Assembly (NCBI GenBank): GCA_951406725.2
Contig: OX597819.1
Coordinates: forward strand, 84,072,001-84,136,000
DNA: 64,000 bases
Direction: 5' to 3'
Source of the DNA: Octopus vulgaris
Lineage: Eukaryota
The position numbers were made by a program, and so were the translations under genes. Below, one piece after another: positions 37,448 through 51,407 of this stretch (position 1 is its first letter; each line of letters opens with the position of its first letter). The notes below the pieces were generated by a model. The model made no database searches and was not told where the DNA came from. It was given only the letters and a program-made list of their open reading frames with translations.

Positions 37448-40400
37448 TGTATGTATGTATGTATGTATGTATGTATGTATGTATGTATCTAGATGCAGGC
37501 AAGGCTGTGCAGTTAAGAAACTTGCTTCCCAACCATGTGATCTCAAGTTCAGTCCCGATGTGCAGAATTTCCTAAACAACATGCGGGCAAACCTATCTAG
37601 GATAGCAGTAATGACTAAATGCCTCTCCCTTTCAAGGAAGGGGCAGCCAGTCATTAAAACCATTAAAACCACTAAAACCACTAAAACCATTAAAACCATT
37701 AAAAGATTGGTGATTATCTCTGTTGCTCTGTATGGAAGATGAAGAAGAACTATGGCAAATGGTGAGATGCTGTGAGATCATTCCATCCCATGCCAGCATG
37801 GGAAAAATTGACATAAAATAATGATGATGGTGGTGGTGGTCATAATGGTGGTGCTGGTGGTGAAGGTTGTGGTGGCAGTAGTCATAGTGGTGGTGGTTGT
37901 TATGGTATTTTTGATGGTTGTGGTGGTGACAGTTGTAGTAGAGGTAGTGGTTGTAGTGGTGGTGGTTGTGGTGGTGGTGGTGGTGGTTATGGTAGTGGTA
38001 GTTGTGATGGTGGTGTTAATGGTGGTGGTAGTGATGGTGGTGGTGGTGGTGATGATAATGATGATGATGATGATAATGATGACAATGATGATGAAGTCAA
38101 AACAATGATGGTGTTAGTGGTGACGGTGGTGAAGATGATGAAAACACTGAAGATGATGATGATGACCACGATGACAAGGACAATGGAAACGATGTTGATG
38201 ATGATGATGGTGATGATGGTATTGACGATAGTGTTGGTGATGGTGGTGATGCTGACTATAATGATAACAATAACAACGATGATTTATTTAACTTCATGTC
38301 TGTCTCAACTGTCCATTCATTTCCTCCAGACTACTGTCAGCCAATATTGGTTTTTTTACTTAGTAACTGTACATTGAATAATCTATAAATAGTGTCTGTG
38401 TTTCTGGGGACCAAGATTTGGTCAAATATCAACTGCAGGTTAAACAGCTCAGTAGATAAAGTATTTCAACTGATAGTCCTTTATAGTCCTTAATCCTTTA
38501 GCATTCAAATTATTCAAATGTAATGCTTAATTATTCACATTGGTTTGAATTAATTTTGCGTTTTCTCATAACTTCAATGTTTCAATGATGGAATTGGTTG
38601 TTTTTAGAATAATATTGTAAAGTAGGTGTTAGATACCAGATCTGGCTGGTTTCAACCCAGATATGGATGGATTAAAAGCTAAAAGGTTAAAGTTGCAGGT
38701 GTTTTTGTTGTGTATTTATTTCTGACCACATGTGTACCATTGGCGATTTTTTTTTCTCCGTCTTCCCTTCTTTGGATTTTTCCTTTTCTTATGTTTCTGA
38801 TGAAGAGCTCCGCTCGAAACGTTAAACCCTCCTTCTTTCTGTCTTTCCTGAGCATCCAATAATACTATACTTGTTCCCCGTCCTCACATTGTTGTGTTTT
38901 CTCTTTGTGTTTTCATGTTTGGATTAACTATATATCTATATATATAAGGTGAAGACGTAAGGCCTAGTGGTTAGGATGTTGCACTCACAATTTCAAGATC
39001 TTGGTTTTGATTCCCAGACAAGCAGTACCTTGTGTTCTTGAGCAAAACACTTCTTTTAATGTTGCTTCAGTCCACCCATCTATACATGCACAACCCTGCA
39101 ATGAACTGTTGTCCCATTCAGGAAAAATGTTGGCCTGCCTACCCAGCCAGCAGGATGGCATCATTTGAAAACTTCAAAACTGCAAGGAAGCACATTGTGA
39201 CCAGTAGTGTGTAACAACATCTGATAGCCTGGTCCATATAATAATACAATGATACAGTTTGTTTAGCTGTTAGGGCTAAAAAGGAAATGTTACTTGAGAT
39301 AAATTCATGTTGTATCGAAGAGAAGATTTGCCTCTCATCTTTTAATACTAGAAAACCAGAATAAGACACTTCCAGATCTTTATTTTTAGAAGTATTTACA
39401 TTGGCCGATATAGTAATACAGTGATACAGTTCATTTAGCTTTTAGGACTAAGAAGGAAATGTTACTTGAGATAAACACATATTGTATCCAAAAGGAGATT
39501 TGCCTCTCATTTTTTAAAACTAGAAAATCAGAATAAGAGACTTCTAGATCTCTATCTTTGGCAATATTTACACTATAATCCATCTGGCAATACTTGACTA
39601 GAATTTCTCAGAGAAAATCACTGAATGAGATAAAAGTGTCCAAGAATTATATATATTGTTACAATGTTTTACATAATTGACTCCTTGGGCCATTCAGTGA
39701 TCTTCAAGAAAATACACTGAAGTGGTTTCCACACTGCCTTATTAAACTGAGATGGAATAATCAAATAGGAGATGTGGTATGGGCTGGGCAGCTGTGTTAC
39801 TGTTTAAATTATAGGCCTTGATTGAAAAGACCTATGATTAAAAATGTTCCAGCTGTCACCAACCTATCTTATTTTCAAGCATGTCTAGGATTATATTATC
39901 CAATGAGTCTATTTTTATGATGATATGGTATGAGGAAGATTTGGCAGCTACTTCTAGCTAGTTGAGCAACCATTTATAAACTCCTTTTTTGGCTTCAGAG
40001 TACTCGGATAAATAAAGGTCATAAGTGGGCAACTGCTTTAGGAAGTTCTTAATTCAAATGTTGCTGATGATCAGTGGGATAACATTACTTTTGCCAATTC
40101 TGAGCATGTTTAAAAGGACTACACGTCTCAAGAAGATGTAGTTTTCTGGAAATGGAATTGGTAGCAACTGAGATGAAAAGGGAACAAGATTACAAAGATG
40201 ATTATTGTCTACAATTGTTCCCCCTCACTGCTGAGATGTTGAATTTGAGTATGATAGGTCAGTATTTGGTAAGATTGGAGATGTCGAATTATTGGTTCCA
40301 GCACACATCATCATGAATTTCCATAGTTTGGGGTAGATACTCATAGAGGGAGAAAGCATGGTTGTAAAACAGTTGGTAACTAGTTGTTAGGAGAAACAAG

Positions 40401-41341
40401 TATTGTTGCAATAAGTTCTATTTTAAGCATAAAGGACTTAGACTTTATAATTGATTTTTTTGTAACTAATTAGATGATTTCTCTGTAGAGAAACTAACCA
40501 AAGCGTAAAATGTGCAGCAAAATTTTACCACTACAGTTTTAATTTTGTCTAGGAAAACAATCTTTGATTGAAATGAAAATTTTATGAAAGAAATCTCATT
40601 TGTAAAATTTAATTGAACACAAACTGGGTTTTACCTTCAAAACAAAGAAGCAAAATCAATTTTCTTTTTAAAGAATTAAGTTGTACTTACTGATATTAAC
40701 ATTACTTCCTTCACAAAAATATCCACCAAAACCTTCTTGGCATCTTTGAATAAAAGGAAAAAAACGTATCTTCTTTAGTCATCAGGAGAAATTTATTATT
40801 CACATGATAAATATAAAATAAAATATAATTCACCAATTTTCTTGGTGAATTATAAAGATTAGAGAGATTATAGATAAATTTCTTTATCAAATTTAATACC
40901 TGACAAATATTTCTCAAACTTCAAACCAATAAACATAACATAAGAAAATGCAACATATCGTGAACAAAACAATTACATTAAAAGAAGCAAGACACTACAT
41001 TTCATTAAGGAAAATAAGAAGATAAAATTTCATTTACTTGCAGTAGTATGTTCCATTTTTCATCCTGTTACATGACCCACCATTTTTGCATGGTATTATA
41101 GAGCAAAACCCTAAACACAAAATATTAAAAACAATTGTTACATTTATGAAAATGCTTACAAAGATTAGTTTTGAAATTTCCTTTCTTTAGAAGGTTACTT
41201 CTCAAGAATGTTGTCTTAAGTTCAGTCTGATTGAGTGTCACTTTGGACAAGTGCTTCAGGTCAAACAATGCCTTGTGAGAGGAATTGATAGATGGAAACT
41301 AGAACCCTGCTCTCTCTCTCTCTCTCTCTCCTCCTTTCTCG

Positions 41342-41404
<63 letters not shown>

Positions 41405-41652
41405 GTCCTGGGTTGATTCGGGGTTAACCACAGTAAATAAGGTACTCAATACATAGCAGAGTAAAATTAATTTATTATATAGAAGGAGCTTCTACAGGAC
41501 TAGAACTGTTTCATTCAAGAGAAATCAGATTTCTCTTGAATGAAACAGTTCTAGTCCTGTAGAAGCTCCTTCTATATAATAAATTAATATATATATATAT
41601 ATATATATATTTACATATGTGTGTCTCTATGTATGTATATGTATATATATTA

Positions 41653-41691
<39 letters not shown>

Positions 41692-44600
41692 GTATGTCAT
41701 TTGTTCTTATATATAGCTTGTTTATATAAAAAAACTGAACAAAGGAAAAGCTATCAGATCATGAAAGTAGGAGGGTTTAAAGTGTGAGGAATTGCATGTA
41801 TAATAATAAACAAAGAAAGTAAAAGTTTTTGTGAAAAAGGAAAGATGTAAACTGCAGTGATACCAAGAATATGAACTCAGAACATAAAGACAGATGAAAT
41901 GCCGCTAAGCATTTCGCCTGGCATGCTAATGATTCTACCAGTTCACCACCTTATTTATACCAAGAATATGAACAGGTTAAAAATAGGCAAATATATTTAC
42001 CATAACAAACCTTGCCTGTCCCAACCATTGAAAATGGACAGTTACCACACACTGGAATGCCAGACTTTTCTTTACATCGCACATTCTCATGACAATGGCT
42101 TAAATTACAAGGTCTTACTTCACACTGGTCGCCACCGAAATTCTTTGGACAAATACATGCAGCTTTGTAAAATTTATCTGTAACATAGTTAATATGTAAA
42201 TGTTTAATGATACATTACTTACTTAACATGGCAAGATAATAACTTATCATATGTCTGTAAAATAGTCTTACTGTAAACATCGTTTTGGATTGAAAACTAA
42301 ATTCAATAAGTGTTAGTGATTAGGAATGAGACTTATGTAATTTGGAGATCCTTTATACTCACCCTGAGAGAAAGTTTATTCAAGTGTAATCATCTTACAT
42401 ACAGAAAACAATGTTGGCTTCACAATTAAGCAAATTCAAAGCACACAACATGCACTCAAAACAGAATAAATAAAGAAAGCTGTGTGAGTGTATATATGTA
42501 TCAAAGGTGATGCTTTAGGATGGTCTTACTCTGATCTTAAAACAAATTAAAAAACTAAAATACTATGTGGAGGCGCAATGGCCCAGAGGTTAGGGCAGCA
42601 GATTCGCAGTCGGAGGATTGTGGTTTCGATTCCCAGACCGGGCGTTGTGTGTATTTATTGAGCGAAAACACCTAAAAGCTCCACAAGGTTCTGGCACCGG
42701 GTGCTGGCGACCCCTGTTGTACTCTTTCACCACAACTTTCTCTCACTCTCTCTTCCTGTTTCTTGAGTAACGCTGTGATGGACTGGCGTCCCTTCCAGCT
42801 GGGGGGAACACATACGCCACAGAAACCGGGCCCATGAGCCTGGCTAGGCTTGAAAAGGGCGAAAAAAAAAAAAGAAAATACTATGTATGTGCAGTGAATA
42901 GTTTCCAAAATTTGAAACCTTGCTTAAATTTTTCTACAAGTACCTTTCTATTGTTCTTGGCATTTGCACTAGAAAATTTATGAGAGCCAGCTGTTAACCA
43001 GTGAATATTTCAAGTCAAACTAAGCTCAAGGCAGATAACAGAAGAAGAATCCTTTGCTTAGCTTGAACTAATTTACTTAGAAAAAAGTATAAATACAGAA
43101 CCCAAACTCAGTTCTATCTCTTTCACTTGGCCTTTCACTGGAAGAGCACATCTGCATTTCACTCACTTCACTTATGGCTTGTCGCTGCAGGACTGTACAA
43201 CTTACACCCTCTCTACTTGTCAACACAAAGAGGTAAATTCTTTTTACTTTTTCTCTCCCCTCTTCCATCTGTTCTCCCAGCAGTCAATAAAAGATGAACT
43301 TAACTACCTACAGAATGAATAACACAACCTCAAATAATCTGTGTACAACAACCTGAAGAAAAAGTTGTATCTTACATTGTAACAAAAAATAAAAGCCATA
43401 TCAATATTTTTCATTTTGTCATTTACTGGCTACACATCACTACATGTGTGACTTTATAAGAGTTAAAAATTCCCAATTTGTAATGAGTGTTATATTATGT
43501 TTCTGGCAAAGACAATCAACTCTTTACTAGCTCAGTACTTCTTCTTATAGAAAAGTATCATGGGAGGTACAGTTCATTATTGTAAGCAGAAAGAGAATTG
43601 TAGAGTAATAATTTAATTAACAACAGTTTCACTTGCTGTTGGTCCTGATTTGAAATGTATTCTTATGCTATGGGAAGTCAAATATAATATAATATGGAAC
43701 TCCATTGGTTATGATGATAAGGGTTCCAGTTAATCTGATCAATGGAACAGCCTGCTCATGAAATTAATATGCATATGGCTGAGTACTCCACACACACGTG
43801 TACCCTTAATGTAGTTCTCAAGGAGATTCAGCATGACACAGAGTGTAACAAGGCTGGCCATTTGAAATACAGGTATGACTCATTTTTGCCAGCTGAGTGG
43901 ACTGGAGCAATGTAAAATAAAGTGTTTTGCTCAAGGACACAAAACACTGCCAGGATTGAACTCACGACCTTGCACTCATGAACCAAACACCCTAACCACT
44001 AAGTCACGTGCCCTCACAAAAAGTTAAATATAAATATCACAAAACCAAAATCAGTATACAAAGGCTTTTTCAAAAGGATCCCTATCATAGAATTAATACT
44101 AGACTTTAAACAATAAGTACTGGAGGATGATTTGATTAACTAAAAAAAAAAACCCATTCAAGGCAGTGCCCCAGCATGGCCACAATCTAATGACTGAAAT
44201 GAGTAACAGATAGAAGAAAAAGATAAGATATATAAATATGTTATCTGTCCCTTGTTCAGCATTCATGTGTGTGTGTGTGTGAGTGTGTGTTTGGTTAGGA
44301 TCAAATTAACAGCAGAAAAAGTGATACTTTTTAATAAAAAAATAAATACATAAATAAATAAATAAAAAAGAATGAAGAATATAAAAATAAAATATGCTCA
44401 AAAATAAAGAAAAAGTTACCTTTATTTTCCTTTGATGTTTGCTGTTCTGTGTGAATATCACACTCCCCTCCATTTTTACAGTTACAGAAATGAATTGATG
44501 GCCAATATTCCGGTGACACATGGGTGTTACTAAATGAATGGAATTTCAGTCTACAAGGATCACTTGTGAGTGGGGTCCAGTTGAAAATACCTGTCTTTTC

Positions 44601-47600
44601 ATCAAATTGGTAATTTTTGCAATTAGTTTTCACTTGGAAAGAAACTGGTGTTGAAATATTTCTTTCAAGCTCAAGTTTAAATGTTAAATTCTTGTAAATT
44701 TGTACTGAAAGAACTTTTGGTGTCTGCTTTAGTATTGGAATTATTTGTTCTGAAATGAATAAGAAAAAAAATGTGGTTAAAAAATTGCTTTGCAACTGCA
44801 CACCTTTGGAAAGTCTCCCTTCAACTTAGTCCTGAATTGACTAATGTCTCATGAGTGGATTTGGTGGATGGAAACTGTGTGGAAGTCCAATCATCATCAT
44901 CACCATCATTTCATGTCCGTTGTCTGTGCTAGCATGAGTTGGACAGTGTGACAAGAGCTTGCAAGCTGGGTGGGGGGATGCACCAGAATCCAGTTGTCTG
45001 TTTTCACATGGTTTTTATGGCTGGATGCCCTTGCTAATGCCAACTGCTTTACAGAGTGTGCTGGATGCTTTTATGTGGCACTGCTATGAGTACTTTACAT
45101 CAGTAGAGCGATCGGTTTTAAAACTTCTGCTGCAGAGTATAGGCCTTCACTAGAAAGATCAGTCTTAATACTTCTGCTGCAGAGTACAGATCCTCTTGAG
45201 TATGGTCAGGTACCAGGTATTTCGGTGTATGTATGTGTTAGTATGCATGTGTGCGTGTGTGTATGCCTTTGTGCTGATGTTTGTCCCCACAACTGTTTGA
45301 CAACTGGTGATGGTTTGTTTACCCATGCAATTTGTTTACCTCTGCAGTGACCAGTAACCAAAACAAGTAAAAAGTACACTAAATGATATGATTATTCCCC
45401 ACAAACCTCACAAGGATACATAAAAGGCTTAACCTACAAAAAACTACATTTGAGGAAGCCAATGTACTGCACAACAGCATCAATAAAGCAGGAATGTCAA
45501 TGGAGTCTGAGAGTACTTGTTGTAGCCTGATGTTAGGAATTTTTCTTCCAATAGTTTAATCTGTTGTGTGTATAAATTCTAAATTTTGACACAAGGCCAG
45601 CAATGTTGGAGGGGGAGGGCAAGTTGGTTACATCAACCTCAGAACTCAACTGATTACTTATTTCATCAACCCAAAAAGGAGGAAGGGTAAAATCGACCTC
45701 TGTGGAATTTGAACTCAGAGTGTCAAGATGGACGAAATGCCATTAAGAATTTTTAAAGGTGTACTAATGATTCTGACAGTTCACTGCCTTAACAATAATA
45801 ATAATAATCCTTTCTACTATAGGAACAAGGCCTGAAATTGTGGGGGAAGGGTATAGTTAAGGGGTATAGGGGTATGTTTCACTTAATTTATTGACCCCGA
45901 AAGGATGAAAGGCAAAGTCGACTTTGGTGGAATTTGAGCTCAGAACGTAGTAGTAGTTGAAATACCATTAAGCATTTTGCCTGGCATGCTAATGATTCTG
46001 CCAGTTCACTGCCTTAACAACAACATCGACAACAACAACAATAATAAGCTTCATTCACGAAGAAGCTTCATTCTGTTATGAAGGAGAGCAAAAAATTTTC
46101 AAGTGAGTTTATGCATAATATGTGGGTTGAACAGCATGATGGAAGTGCAGCAACTGTAGTTACAAATGTCCACCTGAAGACATATTTTTTTCTCCCATTA
46201 AAAGGCAATAGGCAGAAGTAGAAAAAGCATAGAGATTCCCAAATGACTACAGTTAACATCAGTGACCTATATGAAGCAATTCAGTAAAAAGAAATATCCT
46301 CATTTACCAACAAACAACTATGAAAACAGCAAGCATTTCTGTATGGTAAACAAGTTAATATTGCAACCAAATGGTGTTAGGTTTAGTTCTGCTGTGCTGC
46401 ACCTCAGACAACTAAAACTGATATTACAATATCTTTGTTCAGAAAGTAACAAATATATTGGGAATATGAATAGAAATGACAAAAAATCAAACTACAGAAG
46501 CAGTTAGAGCAACTATAATAAAATTTACCGAAATATTTCTGAAGACTTAGTGCCTCTGTATGCATCTCTGCACCTTGGATGGCTGCTTGAACATCTTGCA
46601 TTTTTGCAGAATCTTGGAGGCAGGCCTCATAAAAGGAGTAATTTGAACATTGCTGTAGGTAAAGAATATTTTGATCAAGAATTATATAGTGGAAATACAA
46701 AAGCAGAAATTAGATACTATACATTTCTGATTTTCAAAAATTCATTTAAATAGTGAATTTTCATTTAAAAAATAATGTTCAAATTCTCCTCACAACTGAT
46801 ATAAGAATATATAATTTATTTCTCAAATTACCATTGCTTTGCTACCTTTTCAGAGGTCCAAGCCAGTTGGTATACATGCATCAACCAGAGAATACCTTCT
46901 CTATTTAAGGTTTTTAATATATCAGGTTGAATTTCATACTCTTCAGAAACCTTGCTACATTTGAGCATTTTCATCACGCCTATGGATTCTCTGTGAGGTT
47001 AGTCTTTACCCACTAAATGCACCTCATTACCCACTAAATACACCAGAAGAATTTATTGTGACTGGATTTAGATCAGAAAAGTATTTTCTCTTCCTCTCAA
47101 CAATGCTCTTCTCTGTTGTGATCAGAATCTCAGCCAAGTTCTTAATGGCAGGTGTGGGAGAGGGCTTTTTGTTATGTAGTCGGTGGATGGTCTTCCAGAA
47201 TACTTTATTGACCAGTCTATAGTCAGAGTCCAGCTTAGCCCCAGAGTCCTCCCATGATTCAGCTTTGGACTTATTTTACTGTCTCTGCTGCAGTTTTTCA
47301 TGCCTCAGTGCATAGTCTGCACAAAAGGGGTGACTTGATTCCAAACTCCATGTCCCCCTACATGGCCTTGCTTTTTGCTTTTTGAGCCAAAAAATTAACT
47401 TAACTAAGCCAAGCTTTATAAAATTCTTTGTTTATGTGAATGGCATTTTTTAAAACTTTCTGGTTAAACCAGGAGTTCTTTTACCTTCCAGAGCCACACC
47501 AAACCACTTTCTTCTATAACATTGTACAGCTGAATAAGAAACTGCAGACCAAAACAATCTCCTCTCTATTTCAACATCTTCAGCATCTTCAGTTGATTCA

Positions 47601-50600
47601 GGAAAGTCTCTGATTAGAATGTCACTGGAAATAATTACAAGACAGATTCTTCAGACTGAGCCAACCAGTAGGAGACCTAGGGTAGACCAAGAATGGGATG
47701 GTTGGCTAATATCAATAGGCACAGTTAGTCACACTTGAGAATTCAGCCAAAAAGTCTAATGATGGTTGTTTCTGAAAAAAACTTTATGGAGGAGGTATGT
47801 GAGGACTGTACCCCCATGACCCCAGTTTCAGGAATAGTAGGTGGAGAAGATGGCTCGTTGGCTGACTGGATTCCTCTAATTGTGAATATTATTTCAAGCA
47901 TCTTACTAAAGTTTTTGACCATAAAGCTGTTGTTTTTCCCAAAATATATTTTTATTTCATTAAATGTTAGCTTGAATTCAATTTATTTTTGTATATCAAT
48001 ATAATTTCAGTGGATTATTTGTATCACATTTACTTAATTCCAGCAAAGCTAAAGATAAGCAGTGGACAGCAGATTGGTAATGAAGGGCTTCACTGTTTTT
48101 CTTTTTCATCGTATAATTTCAACCAAAATTTCATATCAGATTAAAAGAGATAACATTTTGAAGTATTCCTGAATTTAAAAAAAAGTGAAAGTGAAGCATG
48201 ATAATATTTGTCTAAACATCATTGTAAAAGTATAATCAAAATCATTCATTTTCATTACCTACCTGCATAGTTTCCTCTAATAAAGCAGTATTTCCAGAAA
48301 ACAGCAATGTCAAATTCATCTCATCAAAAAATCGTGGCACAAAGCTTAGGTTGTGGTAAGAGCTAAATGTTCTTTTTTTAGTATAAGTAAATAAAGATTC
48401 ATTTACTCTCACCCTCCCTAAAGAAAAATAAATGTTTTAAAGATTTTTATTCAGAAAAAACAAATATAAATTCTTTATAAAACTAATATGACATTGTAGA
48501 ATTTAAAGAACAGCAGTTACTGAATCTCTGCTTAGATACTTCCTAAAATTAATAGTATCAAGGTTTTTCTTTATTATACAACAATGACATATTCACTGAT
48601 ATTTTAGTTTATTTTAGCTGTTTTAAATGTAATATGATTTATTTCAAAGAGAATCAAGCAATGTTTTGCCACCAGCATTGTACTGTGCCACAATTAAAAA
48701 TAAAATCTTAGAAGTGCAAATTAGTGTGTATCAGTCCACCTATTTGAATGTAAGAATCACTAATATTTTACAATTATATCATTCACTAAAGTCATTACAT
48801 AACAAAGGTACCACTAGTTGATTTCCTGTTTATATAGTTGATTTGGAACAAGTTAGTCTGACTGAATACATGCACAACCAGAGGTAAATTTGAATTCAGC
48901 ACAATGAGCAAACAAAAGTTCTCATCAAATATACAGTAATTACTTGATTTCACATAAATTTGACAGTTGTTTTATGCAGGTCAAGTGACTGTGTAAGGAT
49001 TCACATATTGGCTCCCTCATTGGCTTATGTTAAAGCTCCTTCATTGGTTCATTGTAAATGCAAAGTAAATTTACAATAAACCAATGAAGGAGCTTCAACA
49101 TAAGCCAATGAGGGAGCCAATATGTGAATCCTTACACAGTCACTTGACCTGTATAAAACAGCTGTCAAATTTATGTGAAATCACACCCTAATGTCCTAAA
49201 TATAGAAAGAACACATTAAATAAAGCCATCTTATATATTCTTAAAAAGACAGCATGGTTACAGTTGGAAAGCTTGGACAAATTTGACTTTGAAGTAAACA
49301 ACTTTTTTATGGTTAGATGGACTGGTACTTGGAGTAGTGCTAGTGGTAAGTTAAAAGTCACATGAAACCATTAGGCTAGAATCATATAGGTTCAACCATC
49401 TGTGACACTCCTATTCATTTTAGTGGACATAATTTATTACATCACTAAAACTTCCTCACTCAAACTTTACTCTAGACCAGGATTTTGGGAAATGCTTTTC
49501 TGAAGTTCATAATTTTGAATCTGATTGCTTTAAAATTTAGTTTATTTCAGTTTGAAATCTGTTTAAAGAATCACACTCACATGTTTCTCCGAATTCAAAA
49601 AGTTGTCTGTCAGAGCTGTTTGTGGGCCACATTTGACCATTACGCCCAAGAAAGTCATCTGTTATATTGTTATTTGCAAACCCAAGCAAGCCATAAGTTA
49701 CATCATTGATTTCACTGGGTATGCTGACAATTCCTGTTAGTATTTCAAGATGTGGAGTAATCTATAAAGAAATTCATATATTAAAAGGATGTGTTATAAT
49801 ACTATTCCACAGCCATACCAACAATCCAACATACCCCCATCATCAGCTGCCTCACGGATATCATTATGGTTATGACAGTTGAGCAGTACCATTCAATCCG
49901 GCAGTGTCAACAGCATTAAAATAAGTGTTGTTTGGGAACAAACAAACTAAACAAACCACAACTTTCAAACATATTTACCCAGTGTACAACTGTATTGATA
50001 AATAAATTCCATAAGTAAATTACAACCCTTTCTAGATATGTAACTAAACAGTGACAACTTCATAAAGTCATAAAAAATTATAATCCCTACCTTCTTCCGT
50101 AGTGTAATATAAAAGTAAAGCTTAACCACATTATTTCAATCAATCAATATACAGGCAGGATTAAACACTAACCTTACTAAAACTACAACTAGAGACATTG
50201 AAACCAATATACATTGTAAACTGCAATAACTAAATTATATCCTAAATTGCGATCCATCTTTAAGTCCATATAAATAAAATCCCACCAGTCTTCCATTGAT
50301 ACTACAATGAAAGTTCAAACCTTATAAAAATTTTTCCAAAACAAAACACGATTGAAATTAATTTAACTAATATTTTTATGAGTGAAATATATAAATTGTC
50401 ATTCAAAAGTTAATAATAAAGCACTACATACTCATTAATATATCAGTACTATAAGTTATAATATTAAATTACCATTTATAAGCTAACACTATAAAAAGAT
50501 TGTCACATTTAATTTTAAAGTAATGCTCAACTTTTTGTATAAGGACAACACATTTCATGTTATTAGTATTCAGGGTTGCAAAAGAACAATCACATCAGTA

Positions 50601-51152
50601 TAAATTATGGAAATATCTTTTAAAGAATTAAATTTCTATTTGCATGAATATGAACAAAATAAGTAAAAATTGAGAAGAGCAGCCCAGTTATATTTAGCCA
50701 GTAATTGATAGCAACATGTAACTGAATATGCTGTACAGATTTGAAACTACTGGATTTATGTCAAGTCCACTTTGTAGAGATAGAATTATTTGAAGCAGGG
50801 CTGGAGTGTGAGTACTTCTTTCACCTCAGCAAACTTTGAGCTCAGAATGTAAAGAGACAGAAGAAATGCTGCTACGCATTTTGTCTGATATGCTAAGGAT
50901 TCTGTCAGCTCACTGCCTCAATAATCATAATAATCCTTTCTACTATAGGCATAAGGCCTGAAACTTTAGGAGAGGAGGTCAAGTCAATTACATTAACTCC
51001 AGTACTTAACTGGTACCTAAATTATCAACCCTGAAATCATGAAAGACAAAGTCAACCTCAGTGGAATTTGAACACAGAACATAAGGACAGATGAAATACC
51101 GGTAAGCATTTTGTCCAACATGCTAACAATTCTACCAACTTGCTGTCTTACC

Positions 51153-51193
<41 letters not shown>

Positions 51194-51338
51194 CTCTGTT
51201 TAGTACAGCTGCAGAAAACAGTGTTATTAGTAGGGACAGCTAGGATACTTAAGAGGGTTCTTGGCATCTAAGGCTACTTGTTGTAGCCTGATGTTAGGAT
51301 TCTTTTCTTTTCCAACAGTCTAATCTGTTGAGTGTATA

Positions 51339-51407
<69 letters not shown>

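Noticed and set aside
37821-38377. Poly-Val/Met hydrophobic ORFs
   Set aside because: Artefact of the (GGT)/(GAT) trinucleotide tract inside an intron.
39236-39572. Repeat arrays considered as CRISPR-like
   Set aside because: Eukaryotic context and a simple two-unit tandem duplication without unique spacers or cas genes.
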